Assembly (NCBI GenBank): GCA_013288485.1
Contig: JABDBW010000001.1
Span: 8,923 to 72,922, forward strand
Source of the DNA: Bacteroidota bacterium
Lineage (GTDB): Bacteria; Bacteroidota; Bacteroidia; Sphingobacteriales; Sphingobacteriaceae
Direction: 5' to 3'
Length of the DNA: 64,000 nt
Below the pieces are notes generated by a model. The model saw only the letters and a list, made by a program, of their open reading frames with translations, was not told the origin of the DNA and made no database searches. The translations under genes were made by a program, and so were the position numbers. Every line of letters starts with the position of its first letter. Positions within the stretch are counted from its first letter, which is position 1. Shown here one piece after another: positions 48,896 to 59,081 of this stretch.

Positions 48896-50518
48896 ATGAA
48901 AAAAAATATCCTTCTATCCATTTTCTCCGGCTTATTGCTTTGGTTAGCGTGGCCGCCTATGCATTATACCACCGTGTTTTTATTTTTCGGGCTGGTGCCG
49001 ATGCTGGTCGCGATGGAAAATATCATTAAATCCACATCAACCAACAAAGGGAAGCGAATATTTGGCATAACCTTCCTGGGATTTTTTATATGGAATACCT
49101 TATGTATTTATTGGGTGTACAACTCGTTAAAAATAATTGGCGGAATTGTAGCGGTACCTGTTTCATTAATACCGTATTCGTTAGGTCCATTACTCATGGC
49201 TACTGCTTGCTGGCTGTATTATCGTTTCAGGATAGCTACTAACTGTAGCTGGGGACTGGTTGGTTTAGTGTGTTTTTGGATAGCTTACGAATACCTGCAC
49301 CAAACCTGGGAGCTCAGTTTTCCATGGATGACGCTGGGCAACGGCTTCGCGGTGATGCACCCATGGGTGCAGTGGTATGAGTATACCGGCGTTTACGGCG
49401 GCACCATTTGGATATGGGTAATTAACATCCTTATATTTTTAATTTATACAGGGCTCAAAGAAACGCAAACCAAAGCCACGAGGCAAAAACTGGTTGCGGC
49501 CTTGGTTGTAGTACTGGTAGCACCGATCGGTTTTTCGTTGTATCGGTATTGCTCCTATAAAGAGCAGGTTAATCCGTCAAATATTGTAGTGGTGCAGCCC
49601 AATATTGACCCGTATGCAAAGAGCTTTATGCCGCCCAATCACCAGGTATCTATATTGACACTATTGTCCGATTCGCTCGGGCAGGTTAATACCGAGTTTT
49701 TTATATGGCCCGAAACTGCTATTCCCGATCCCATTGATGAGGACCATATCCGTACCAATAGTTATTTTATGCAGGCACAGCGTTTTTTAACTAAATACAA
49801 AAACGGCAATATTATAACCGGTTCTGAAACTTATAAACTGTTCAATACCCGTAAAACACAAACTGCTGAACCGGAACCCGGAGGCAAACAATTTAGCGAC
49901 AGGTATAACGCGGCAATTAGTATCGAGAACTCGGACGAAGTGGGATTTTATCATAAATCGAAACTGGTGCCGGGAGCCGAGGCATTGCCGTTCGGCGATG
50001 CCTTATCGTTCATGAAACCTGTATTTGATCACCTGGGGGGAGCTACGGGCAGCTATGCTAAACAAGAAAAGCCCTCGGTGCTTTATTCGCAAAGTGGCAT
50101 AGGCGTGGCGCCGGTTATTTGCTACGAATCTATATGGGGCGAATGGGTGGCGCAATCTGTACGCAGCGGAGCGCAATTCATTGCTATAATTACTAACGAT
50201 GGCTGGTGGGAAAACACATCAGGCAAGGACCAGCACCTTGACTATGCCAAACTGCGCGCCGTTGAAACCCGCCGATGGGTTTGCCGCTCGGCCAATACGG
50301 GTATTTCCGCGTTTATTAACCAGCGGGGCGATATTGTACAGCAAACCAAATGGTGGGTTAAAACGGCTATCAAACAAAATATTAATTTAAATTCCGATCT
50401 GACGTTTTATGTACGGTATGGCGATTACCTGCCCAAAACAGGCAGTTTTTTAGCGGTATTGGGGATATTGTTTGTTGGGGTGAGGGTAAGAGTAAAAAGG
50501 AAAGTCGTTAAAATGTAG
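48896..50518 (+). CDS. lnt: Apolipoprotein N-acyltransferase
   Basis: FPWMTLG, QPNI, WPET, KSKLVP, ICYE, TNDGW, RSANTGIS. Confidence 0.95.
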   Translation: MKKNILLSIFSGLLLWLAWPPMHYTTVFLFFGLVPMLVAMENIIKSTSTNKGKRIFGITFLGFFIWNTLCIYWVYNSLKIIGGIVAVPVSLIPYSLGPLLMATACWLYYRFRIATNCSWGLVGLVCFWIAYEYLHQTWELSFPWMTLGNGFAVMHPWVQWYEYTGVYGGTIWIWVINILIFLIYTGLKETQTKATRQKLVAALVVVLVAPIGFSLYRYCSYKEQVNPSNIVVVQPNIDPYAKSFMPPNHQVSILTLLSDSLGQVNTEFFIWPETAIPDPIDEDHIRTNSYFMQAQRFLTKYKNGNIITGSETYKLFNTRKTQTAEPEPGGKQFSDRYNAAISIENSDEVGFYHKSKLVPGAEALPFGDALSFMKPVFDHLGGATGSYAKQEKPSVLYSQSGIGVAPVICYESIWGEWVAQSVRSGAQFIAIITNDGWWENTSGKDQHLDYAKLRAVETRRWVCRSANTGISAFINQRGDIVQQTKWWVKTAIKQNINLNSDLTFYVRYGDYLPKTGSFLAVLGILFVGVRVRVKRKVVKM

Positions 50519-50588
50519 GTACTCATAACACCTATACAAAATATCATAATATACTTATGTGCCAGAGTTCAAAACGAGTTGAGTTTAT

Positions 50589-50687
50589 TAACTCATTGAT
50601 AATCAACAAACAAAGTGTTCACGGAGCGTTCACGACTGTTCACGCTGAAAAACATGAACACTTTGTTTATTGACTATCAACCAATTA
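50589..50687. repeat. Palindromic element bounded by IHF-consensus sites
   Basis: taactcattgataatcaacaaacaaagtgttca … tgaacactttgtttattgactatcaaccaatta; three GTTCACG units in the centre. Confidence 0.6.
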
Positions 50688-50784
50688 GAAAATATGTAGA
50701 GCAGGTGTTTTGTATCATCACCCTAAAACAAAAGCGCCCTGATTTAATATCAAGGCGCTTTGTTAATCAAAGAATAAATTAGCG

Positions 50785-51201
50785 CTAATAGCTCACACCC
50801 AAAGTAATGGGTACGTTCAATGCTTTCGATATAATGCAATTGGCCTTGGCGCCTTCAGCAATCTCTTTAAACTTATCGGCAGGTACTCCTTCAATCGGCG
50901 ACCCGGTTAACTCCAGGTGAATACCGGTAATGGTTAAAGTGGCCATATCCAATTCTAAGACAGCTTCGGTCGATAGGTCGCCCGGCGTAAACCCGGCCCT
51001 TGACAAGGCAGCGCCAACAGCCATGGTAAAACAGCCCGCGTGGGCGGCGGCTATCAGTTCTTCGGGGTTAGTGCCAATGCCATCCTCGAAACGGGTTTTA
51101 AAGGAGTATTGCGTATTATTAAGAGTGGTGCTTTGGGTAGATATTTCTCCCTTACCTTCTTTTAAAGTGCCATTCCAATGGGCTTTTGCTGTGCGTTTCA
51201 T
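50785..51201 (-). CDS. osmC: OsmC peroxiredoxin
   Basis: AHWNGTLKEGKG, GTNPEELIAAAHAGCF, second Cys KANC; ATG 51201. Confidence 0.93.
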   Translation of the reverse strand: MKRTAKAHWNGTLKEGKGEISTQSTTLNNTQYSFKTRFEDGIGTNPEELIAAAHAGCFTMAVGAALSRAGFTPGDLSTEAVLELDMATLTITGIHLELTGSPIEGVPADKFKEIAEGAKANCIISKALNVPITLGVSY

Positions 51202-51273
51202 AGTTGTTGTTTTTGCGTTGATTTTATGATGTAAATATATTAACCTAATCGCCAAATAACTAATCTCCAATCA

Positions 51274-52341
51274 CTATTTATGCCACTTCCCCCGCTCATA
51301 CTGCACGGGCCATTTAACATCATGCCCCAACTCGTGCGCCGCGCGCAGCGGAAAGTAGGGGTCGCGCAGCAATTGACGGGCCATGATCGCCACATCGGCC
51401 TCACCGTTTTGTATGATGTCATCCGCTTGCTTAGACTCCGTTATTAACCCTACCGCCCCGGCAAGTATACCCACTTTACGTATAGCTTGGGCAAACTCAA
51501 CCTGGTAGCCCGGCTTTAACGGAATTGGTACCACCACATTACCGCCCGATGAACAATCAACCAAGTCAACACCCTTATCCTTTAATATTTTGGCTAACTC
51601 TATGGAGTCATTCGCGGTCCATCCACCCTCTGTCCAGTCGGTTGAGGATATGCGCACAAATAAAGGGTTAGAAGAGGGCCAAACCTGCAATACAGCTTCA
51701 ATAACTTCGAGTAATAAACGTATGCGGTTCTCAAACGGGCCACCATATTCATCCTTGCGATGATTGCTTAACGGCGAATAAAACTCGTGGACAAGGTAAC
51801 CATGCGCGGCGTGTATTTCAATTACATCGAACCCAGCTTTTAATGCCCTTGTCGCGGCAGCCTTAAAATCAGCTTTTACTTTTTCAATACCTGCTTTATC
51901 CAGCTCAAGCGGTGCCTCTTCTTTAGCATCAAATGGTACCGGGCTTGGGGCAAATGCTTTCCACCCATTTGGTTGGTTCGATGGTATCTGGGCGCCTCCA
52001 TCCCAGGGCCTTTGATGGCTGGCTTTACGCCCGGCATGTGCCAGTTGGATACCCGCATACGCGCCATGCTCATGTATAAAACCGGTGATCTTTTTTAATT
52101 TGGTGATGTGTTCATCCTTATAAATACCCAGGTCGGCATGAGTTATACGGCCCTCGGCTGATACCGCCGAAGCTTCGGTGATTACCAAAGCAGCGCCCCC
52201 AACAGCCCTGCTGCCCAGGTGTACCAGGTGCCAGTTATTTGCAAAACCATCCTCGCTGGAGTATTCGCACATGGGCGAAACAACTATGCGGTTTTTTAAT
52301 TCTATATTTTTTATTTGAAGTGGTGAGAACAGGTGCGGCAT
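51274..52341 (-). CDS. NADH:flavin oxidoreductase (NamA/YqjM-type Old Yellow Enzyme)
   Basis: SPMCEYS, QLAHAGRKA, HAAHGYL, PVQYERG; ATG 52341 preferred. Confidence 0.93.
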   Translation of the reverse strand: MPHLFSPLQIKNIELKNRIVVSPMCEYSSEDGFANNWHLVHLGSRAVGGAALVITEASAVSAEGRITHADLGIYKDEHITKLKKITGFIHEHGAYAGIQLAHAGRKASHQRPWDGGAQIPSNQPNGWKAFAPSPVPFDAKEEAPLELDKAGIEKVKADFKAAATRALKAGFDVIEIHAAHGYLVHEFYSPLSNHRKDEYGGPFENRIRLLLEVIEAVLQVWPSSNPLFVRISSTDWTEGGWTANDSIELAKILKDKGVDLVDCSSGGNVVVPIPLKPGYQVEFAQAIRKVGILAGAVGLITESKQADDIIQNGEADVAIMARQLLRDPYFPLRAAHELGHDVKWPVQYERGKWHK

Positions 52342-52405
52342 AATTTTTTTATGCAAATATGAATAGTAACACTTGCAGTTGTCTCACTGTTTTGTAAAAT
52401 ACCGT

Positions 52406-52771
52406 CTACTCCGCCTTTTCCTCGCGCTTAACCAGTAAAAATTCATCGCCCTCTAAGGGCAGGTAGCCATATTCATAACAAAAATGATAGGTTTTGCCGT
52501 TTTGAGTATCGTATTTATTGGTGAGGTATTTAAAATTGAAGCCCTTAGCGGCAAGCTTTTCGCGGGTAGTTTTTGTTTTGCCCGATGGGTTCAATTCTTC
52601 CAGTATACGGCGGTTACGTTTTAAGATATTGTTAATATTACGTACCAGGTTATAGCTGTTGCTATTTAGTTGGTTATTATAATTATTGCGGCATAAATCG
52701 TTGCAAAACTTTTTATCGGCACGGCCATGTATTACTGAACCACAGTCGAGGCATGTTTTTTCGATATTCAT
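52406..52771 (-). CDS. DUF2116-like Zn-ribbon protein
   Basis: CLDCG…GRADKKFCNDLCR, LKRNRRIL, CYEYGY; ATG 52771. Confidence 0.8.
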   Translation of the reverse strand: MNIEKTCLDCGSVIHGRADKKFCNDLCRNNYNNQLNSNSYNLVRNINNILKRNRRILEELNPSGKTKTTREKLAAKGFNFKYLTNKYDTQNGKTYHFCYEYGYLPLEGDEFLLVKREEKAE

Positions 52772-52905
52772 AATGCTAAGGTAATCAATATTGTATCCGC
52801 TTGCAAACGTTTGCAAATGAATATAAACATTTATTATCCGACTAATATTTTTAGTAATTAGCACTTTTGTCCAGTCAATTAATTAAAAACAAAAAAATTA
52901 AAAAC

Positions 52906-53244
52906 ATGTACACACTAAAAAACAGCGTACGCCTGGTAGGAAACCTGGGTATGGACCCCGAAGTAAAAACTTTTGATGTTAACAAAAAACTGGCAAAAGT
53001 ATCGATCGCTACAAATGAAAGTTACAAAAACGACAAAGGTGAAAAGATCACCGAAACCCAATGGCATAATTTGATCCTATGGGGTGCGCAGGCCAACCTG
53101 GCCGAGCAATATCTTAAAAAAGGCGATGAAGTTGCCATTGAAGGTAAATTAAGTAACAAGAGCTATATAGATAAAGATGGCAACAAACGTTATGTATCAG
53201 AAGTGGTAGTGAACGAATTTTTAAAGGTAGGTGGCAGAAACTAA
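52906..53244 (+). CDS. ssb: Single-stranded DNA-binding protein lacking the acidic tail
   Basis: NSVRLVGNLGMDPE, ATNE, TQWHN, YLKKG, EGKL; ends …FLKVGGRN. Confidence 0.9.
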   Translation: MYTLKNSVRLVGNLGMDPEVKTFDVNKKLAKVSIATNESYKNDKGEKITETQWHNLILWGAQANLAEQYLKKGDEVAIEGKLSNKSYIDKDGNKRYVSEVVVNEFLKVGGRN

Positions 53245-53284
53245 GCTGATATTGTAAATATTTGAAACACTTTTTATTATATTT

Positions 53285-53575
53285 GTGATGTACTTAGAAG
53301 CAAAAGAAACCGCCCGGCTGTATACCTTGTTATCTGATAAATTAGGTACCGATACTACCGAGGCAATGTTTAAATACATTGATAATAAAACAGAACGATC
53401 TGTGGAAGCTACAATCCAAACATTAGCCACTAAAGATGATCTTGCAAAGGTTAAATATGACCTTAGTAAAGAAATAAGTGAAGTTAAAGCTAATACCATT
53501 AAATGGATGTTCATTTTTTGGGTAGGGCAGGTTGGGGCAACTTTAGCCATCATACTTGTGTTTTTGAAAAAATAA
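53285..53575 (+). CDS. DUF1640/CCDC90-like coiled-coil protein with C-terminal TM
   Basis: LATKDDL…IKWMFIFWVGQ signature. Confidence 0.7.
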   Translation: MMYLEAKETARLYTLLSDKLGTDTTEAMFKYIDNKTERSVEATIQTLATKDDLAKVKYDLSKEISEVKANTIKWMFIFWVGQVGATLAIILVFLKK

Positions 53576-53659
53576 TTAAAGAAGAGCTTCCGTCCTATCT
53601 TATCCCGAAACAAGGCGGACATCTTAACACCTAACGCATCAACAGACTTGATGCGTTTT

Positions 53660-54364
53660 TTATGGCGTACTCCCGGTTACCGGCAAAACCTTCCCATTAA
53701 AAAACTTATGGCCGGTTAAAGCGAAATCAGCAACATATTTGCCCATCTCGAATGCCATTACAGGCGATTGATAACCCGGGAAAGCTTGCTCCAGCATTTC
53801 GGTTTGTGCCGAGCCTAATGCGAGGCAGTTAACGTTTATACCCTGTTGAACAAACTCCTGCGCGAGGCATTCAGTCAAAGTATGTAACGCGGCCTTGCTT
53901 GCTGAATAAGCCGACAGTCCCGAAAATTTGGCGCTTCCCTGGAAACCGCCCATGCTGCCAATATTTAAAATGTGCGAACCCGTTGGCATAAATTTATACA
54001 AGCTTTGAATAATACGCACATGCCCTATAAAATTACTTTGCAGCATTTCAACAAAATCTGTTTCCAGCAATTGTATAAATGGCTTATTAATTAAAACACC
54101 CGCGTTGTTTATTAAAACGTCTATCTTCCCATCAAAATTAGCATTAATGAATTGCTCCAGGTCGGCATAATCATCGTGTACAATATCAAATGTTATCGGA
54201 AATAATATACAATCAGGGTTTAAGCCTGCGGCAATTTCGGAAAGACGCTCTAGTTTATCCTGCGATCTTGCCAGGGCTATAACTTTATGCTCGCCTGATA
54301 AGATCAGCTCAATTACGGCTTCAAAACCTATACCGCTACTGGCGCCTGTTACTATAATATTCAT
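53660..54364 (-). CDS. SDR family oxidoreductase
   Basis: TGASSGIG, NNAG, YSASK. Confidence 0.93.
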   Translation of the reverse strand: MNIIVTGASSGIGFEAVIELILSGEHKVIALARSQDKLERLSEIAAGLNPDCILFPITFDIVHDDYADLEQFINANFDGKIDVLINNAGVLINKPFIQLLETDFVEMLQSNFIGHVRIIQSLYKFMPTGSHILNIGSMGGFQGSAKFSGLSAYSASKAALHTLTECLAQEFVQQGINVNCLALGSAQTEMLEQAFPGYQSPVMAFEMGKYVADFALTGHKFFNGKVLPVTGSTP

Positions 54365-54385
54365 TACGTTTTTTTAATTCGAAAA

Positions 54386-55354
54386 TTAATTTTCTTCGAG
54401 TTTAGTCTCATTGAACACATAATATACGCCTAACAAAGCTATTATAGCCGATATTACATAAAATGAAAGGCTTAACACTACAGCCAGTTCGCCGTTCATT
54501 TGAAACATTTCGGTTATTACGTATTTAAAAATGAATTCGCGGAAACCCAACCCGCCAACACTAAACGGAATTACCGCTGCCATTGACGACATAAGAAATG
54601 CCGACAGATAAGGGGCGAATTTTCCTTCATGGTGCAAACTTATCATCACCATTAAAATGGTTAATACCTGCAATGACTGTACACAAACAGCTTTAAAATG
54701 TGCTTCCCAAAAATGCTTCGTGTAATCGTTAAAGAATTTATAAACCACAAAATAATAAATAGCGGTACCTGCCAAAAATATTACCCAGGGCAGCACAATT
54801 GGTATATGTAACTGAGGTAAAAATATAACCAGCACTACTGTAATTAACCCTATGGCCCAAAACCCGCTCAAACGATCAAATAATATGGCCCAAAAAACCT
54901 TTTTTGCCGGTTTTTTATACCGTTTATTAAGCAAATAAATTTTATATCCATCGCCGCCAATACCTCCCGGCAGGCATAAATTATAAAACATACCGAGCAT
55001 ATATAAACGCAGGTTAAATTTCCAGCCAATATGCAGATCAATGGACTTGAAAAAACTTAATAACCTTGAAGCCGAAACAACTGTTGATACAAAAAAACAA
55101 ACTATAGCTGCCAATATCCACCATGGATTTGATTGTGAAACCAATGCTTTAACCTGCTCAATATTTATTTTGCTGAATACATAATAAAGCAACGCGCCGG
55201 TAACCGCTATTTTTAACAGCAATTTGGTAATATTCCATAACCTGCCTTTAAGCGTTTTGGGGGCTTTGGTTTCCGTTATTGTTTCAGGGCTTTCGAATGG
55301 GAAAGATTCACTGGGATCAAATGCCGGTTCGTCGTAATTATTTTTTTCTACCAT
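54386..55354 (-). CDS. Lysylphosphatidylglycerol synthase TM-domain (flippase-like) protein
   Basis: LPGGIGGD, DRLSG, GGLGFRE; multi-TM. Confidence 0.88.
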   Translation of the reverse strand: MVEKNNYDEPAFDPSESFPFESPETITETKAPKTLKGRLWNITKLLLKIAVTGALLYYVFSKINIEQVKALVSQSNPWWILAAIVCFFVSTVVSASRLLSFFKSIDLHIGWKFNLRLYMLGMFYNLCLPGGIGGDGYKIYLLNKRYKKPAKKVFWAILFDRLSGFWAIGLITVVLVIFLPQLHIPIVLPWVIFLAGTAIYYFVVYKFFNDYTKHFWEAHFKAVCVQSLQVLTILMVMISLHHEGKFAPYLSAFLMSSMAAVIPFSVGGLGFREFIFKYVITEMFQMNGELAVVLSLSFYVISAIIALLGVYYVFNETKLEEN

Positions 55355-55551
55355 GCTTGATGAGGCATCATTAATTTCATAGGCAATGTTGCCAAATAGT
55401 TTGCAAAGGTAATAATTTAGAGATTGGTTGATTAGTGATTAGAAGTTAGTAATGCGTTAATTAGTGTTAAAGTATCCAAGCAAATAAACTAATCTTTGAT
55501 TAACTGACCTCTAATCTCTAAAAACCGTATTTTTGCACAAATTTTTAAAGA

Positions 55552-56418
55552 ATGGGTAAAGTACAAGTTGGTATAGTGCAAATGACCTGCACAGCCGGCA
55601 AGCACGAAAATTTACAAAAAGCTATCGCTAAAGTAAAAGAAGCCGCTAAAAAAGGCGCGCAAATTATTTGCCTGCAGGAACTGTTTACATCACTTTATTT
55701 TTGCGATGTGGAAGACCATGCCAATTTTTTATTAGCCGAAACTGTACCCGGACCTTCAACTAATGAGCTTTCAAAAATAGCTGCCGAATGGGGTGTAGTT
55801 ATTATCGCATCCCTGTTTGAAAAACGCGCGCAGGGACTTTATCATAATACCACTGCGATTATTGACGCGGATGGCGCTTATTTAGGCAAGTACCGTAAAA
55901 TGCATATTCCGGATGATCCGGGGTTTTATGAGAAATTTTACTTTACCCCAGGCGACTTGGGCTATAAAGTTTTCAAAACCAAATTCGCCACTATTGGCGT
56001 ACTCATTTGCTGGGACCAATGGTACCCTGAAGCTGCCCGTATTACCACTTTAATGGGCGCCGAAATTTTGTTCTACCCAACCGCTATTGGCTGGGCCAAC
56101 ACGCAGGACGAAGCTACCAATACAGAGCAATATAACGCCTGGCAAACCATACAGCGCTCGCATTCGGTAGCCAATGGGGTACATGTGGTAAGCGTTAACC
56201 GTGTGGGCGAAGAAGCCGGAGTTAAATTTTGGGGAGGTTCATTTTTTTCCAACCCGTTTGGCAGTATAATTTACCAGGCATCGCATAATGATGAGGAAGT
56301 TGTTGTACAGGAACTTGACCTTGATAAAACTGATTTCTACCGCACACACTGGCCGTTTTTGCGCGACAGGCGTATAGATTCTTATTCCCCGATAACAAAA
56401 CGGTTGCTTGATGAATAA
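55552..56418 (+). CDS. aguB: N-carbamoylputrescine amidase (nitrilase family)
   Basis: LQELF, YRKMHIPDDP, ICWDQWYPE; adjacent to agmatine deiminase. Confidence 0.9.
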   Translation: MGKVQVGIVQMTCTAGKHENLQKAIAKVKEAAKKGAQIICLQELFTSLYFCDVEDHANFLLAETVPGPSTNELSKIAAEWGVVIIASLFEKRAQGLYHNTTAIIDADGAYLGKYRKMHIPDDPGFYEKFYFTPGDLGYKVFKTKFATIGVLICWDQWYPEAARITTLMGAEILFYPTAIGWANTQDEATNTEQYNAWQTIQRSHSVANGVHVVSVNRVGEEAGVKFWGGSFFSNPFGSIIYQASHNDEEVVVQELDLDKTDFYRTHWPFLRDRRIDSYSPITKRLLDE

Positions 56419-57460
56419 CTTTTCTGATTCGCCTGCAAAAAACGGTTTCTATTTTCCCGCCGAATGGGCACAGCATACCGGCACCTGGTTAAGTTGGCCG
56501 CATAAGGAAGAATCGTGGCCGGGAAAAATTGGCACTATATATCCGAGATATTGCGAATTTATAAAGGAGCTAACTGCAGGGGAATTAGTCCGCATTAATG
56601 TAAAAGATAAGCAGATGGCCGCTTTTGCCAAACAGCAATTGCAGCTGATTGATATTGATTTAAGCCGGGTTGAGTTTTTTGAATTTGAAACCAACGATGC
56701 CTGGTGCCGCGATCATGGGCCCGCGTTCCTAATCAACCCCGAAACTAAGAAAAAAGTAATTGTAGACTGGGGTTATAACGCCTGGGGTAATAAGTATCCG
56801 CCGTTTGATCTGGATGATGTTATACCCACCAAAATAGGTGAACACTTTGGCTTGGCCGTTTATAATCCGGGCATTGTTATGGAGGGTGGTTCGGTTGATT
56901 TTAATGGAAAGGGTACTATATTAACCACTACGGCCTGCCTCCTCAATAAAAATCGTAACCCGCATTTAAACCAGCACCAAATAGAAGAATACCTGTATAA
57001 TTATTACGGCGCCGAGCAAATATTATGGCTGGGCGATGGCATAATTGGCGATGATACCGACGGCCATATTGATGATATTACCCGCTTTGTAAACGAGGAT
57101 ACTGTGGTTACGGTTATTGAAGAGAATAAGCGCGATGAAAACTATCCCATTCTGCAGGAAAACCTGCAAACCCTAAAAACCATGCGCCTGTTAAACGGTA
57201 AGCAACCAAATATTATTGAACTGCCTATGCCTTCCCCTGTTATTTATGACGGCCAACGTTTACCGGCATCGTACGCTAATTTTTATATTGGCAACGCTGT
57301 GGTTGTAATGCCAACTTATCGCTGTAATAACGATGATAAAGCCTTAGAAATTTTGCAGAAATGTTTCCCCGACAGGAAAGTCATCGGTATTGATTCTACC
57401 GATATTATTTGGGGATTAGGCAGTTTTCATTGTTTGAGCCAGCAGGAGCCGGAGGTATAA
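56408..57460 (+). CDS. aguA: Agmatine deiminase
   Basis: PAEW, WCRDHGP, MEGGS, DTDGHID, ASYANF, GSFHCLSQQ. Confidence 0.93.
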   Translation: MMNNFSDSPAKNGFYFPAEWAQHTGTWLSWPHKEESWPGKIGTIYPRYCEFIKELTAGELVRINVKDKQMAAFAKQQLQLIDIDLSRVEFFEFETNDAWCRDHGPAFLINPETKKKVIVDWGYNAWGNKYPPFDLDDVIPTKIGEHFGLAVYNPGIVMEGGSVDFNGKGTILTTTACLLNKNRNPHLNQHQIEEYLYNYYGAEQILWLGDGIIGDDTDGHIDDITRFVNEDTVVTVIEENKRDENYPILQENLQTLKTMRLLNGKQPNIIELPMPSPVIYDGQRLPASYANFYIGNAVVVMPTYRCNNDDKALEILQKCFPDRKVIGIDSTDIIWGLGSFHCLSQQEPEV

Positions 57461-57502
57461 GCAATAAATAATTACATTTACACAGTCCCTTTTCGCTATT
57501 AT

Positions 57503-58954
57503 ATGAAAATACAATTACTTGTGTTGATTTGCTGTGTGCTGATATTAATAAGCTGTAGCAAAAAGGATAAGGTAAACCCCAATACCACGCAAACCAGTTC
57601 ATTTTCGTTTTCAACCATTTTCCAGGATAATATGGTCATACAGCGGGATAAGCCTCTTATGTTATGGGGTAAGGCAATTGTTGGCGATAAGGTTGTTGTT
57701 AATGTAAGTTGGAACACAACCCCATTTTATGCCAATACGGATGTTGATGGGAATTGGAAAGTTAGTATCCCCGCCTCACCGGTAAATTCAAACCCGCAAA
57801 CTATATCCGCTTCAATTGAAGGTAAAACACCCATAATGGTTTCTAATATACTAATTGGCGATGTTTGGATATGCTCGGGCCAGTCAAACATGGTAATGCC
57901 TGTTGGGCCGATAGCACCCTTTACCGGGGTTTTAAACTACCCGGATGAAATAGCTAATGCCAATTATCCACAAATACGTGCCTTTACTGTAATTACCAAT
58001 AGCCAGGCAAGCCCCGTCGCCGACTTACCTAATGGTTCAAAATGGGATATATGCTCGCCTGCAACTGTAGGTAATATAAGCGCGGTAGCCTATTTTTTCG
58101 CCCGTAAATTAAATACCGATCTTAACGTGCCCATAGGCGTCGTGGTTTCGGCTGTCAACAATACCTTGTGTACGCAATGGATGAATAAGGAAGCATTCCT
58201 ATCAACCAATGATGCCGCAGGTGGCGAATATTATAATGGGATGATAGCGCCATTAATAAATTTATCAGTTAAAGGTTTTATTTGGTACCAGGGCGAAAAC
58301 GACGAGAACCAAATGGTAGCAGCCACATATACCCAGCTAAATACCGCATTAATTAATGGATGGCGAACCGCTTTTAACCAGGGTGCATTGCCATTTTATT
58401 ATGTACAGCTGGCGCCCTTTGATAATGGCCAAACCGGCGATGCTACACTTGACGATATAGCATTATTTAGAGAAGGGCAAGCTTTAATTAGAACCAACGT
58501 AACCAATAGCGGTATGGCCGTAACGATGGATATAGGCGATGTGCTTAACCATCATCCCCCAAATAAAAAACCAGTGGGCGAAAGGCTGGCTTTATTAGCC
58601 TTAAAAAATGATTATGGAAAAAACGTTGTTGCTGTAGGCCCTCAGTATTCTTCGTTTACGGTAAATAATAATACAGCCACAATAAGCTTTGCGACCGGTA
58701 CTGCCGACGGGCTTACAACCGGCAATAATTTTCCGCTTAACCAGTATTTTTTTGTTGCCGGAACCGACCAGGTTTTAAGGCAGGGCAAAGCTGTTATAAA
58801 CGGAAATACTATTATTGTTACTGCACCTGCAGATACCCCTTTGCCCATACAAACTATCCGTTATGCCTTTACTAACTTCCCGATAACTAATCTTCAAAAT
58901 TCCGCCGGATTACCGGCTGAGCCCTTTAGGTCAGGGGTGCTTGATGTGAAATAA
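57503..58954 (+). CDS. Sialate O-acetylesterase-family lipoprotein (SGNH)
   Basis: Lipobox LISC, DNMVIQRD, CSGQSNM, WYQGE, HPPNKK. Confidence 0.88.
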   Translation: MKIQLLVLICCVLILISCSKKDKVNPNTTQTSSFSFSTIFQDNMVIQRDKPLMLWGKAIVGDKVVVNVSWNTTPFYANTDVDGNWKVSIPASPVNSNPQTISASIEGKTPIMVSNILIGDVWICSGQSNMVMPVGPIAPFTGVLNYPDEIANANYPQIRAFTVITNSQASPVADLPNGSKWDICSPATVGNISAVAYFFARKLNTDLNVPIGVVVSAVNNTLCTQWMNKEAFLSTNDAAGGEYYNGMIAPLINLSVKGFIWYQGENDENQMVAATYTQLNTALINGWRTAFNQGALPFYYVQLAPFDNGQTGDATLDDIALFREGQALIRTNVTNSGMAVTMDIGDVLNHHPPNKKPVGERLALLALKNDYGKNVVAVGPQYSSFTVNNNTATISFATGTADGLTTGNNFPLNQYFFVAGTDQVLRQGKAVINGNTIIVTAPADTPLPIQTIRYAFTNFPITNLQNSAGLPAEPFRSGVLDVK

Positions 58955-58970
58955 AAATTTACTTATTATT

Positions 58971-59020
58971 TTCACCGACATAATAACACCCTTTACCGAG
59001 TTCTTTTAACAAATCGCCTA
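58971..59020 (+). promoter_or_regulatory. Candidate LytTR-binding direct repeats
   Basis: TTCACCGA / TTTACCGA / ATCGCCTA at 58971, 58992, 59013 (21-bp period) upstream of -7 box TACATTTG (59051-59058). Confidence 0.45.
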
Positions 59021-59081
59021 TATTGTTTTGGGTTATCTACGTTGGTGCATTACATTTGGTTATAGATTTAAAATTACGAAC

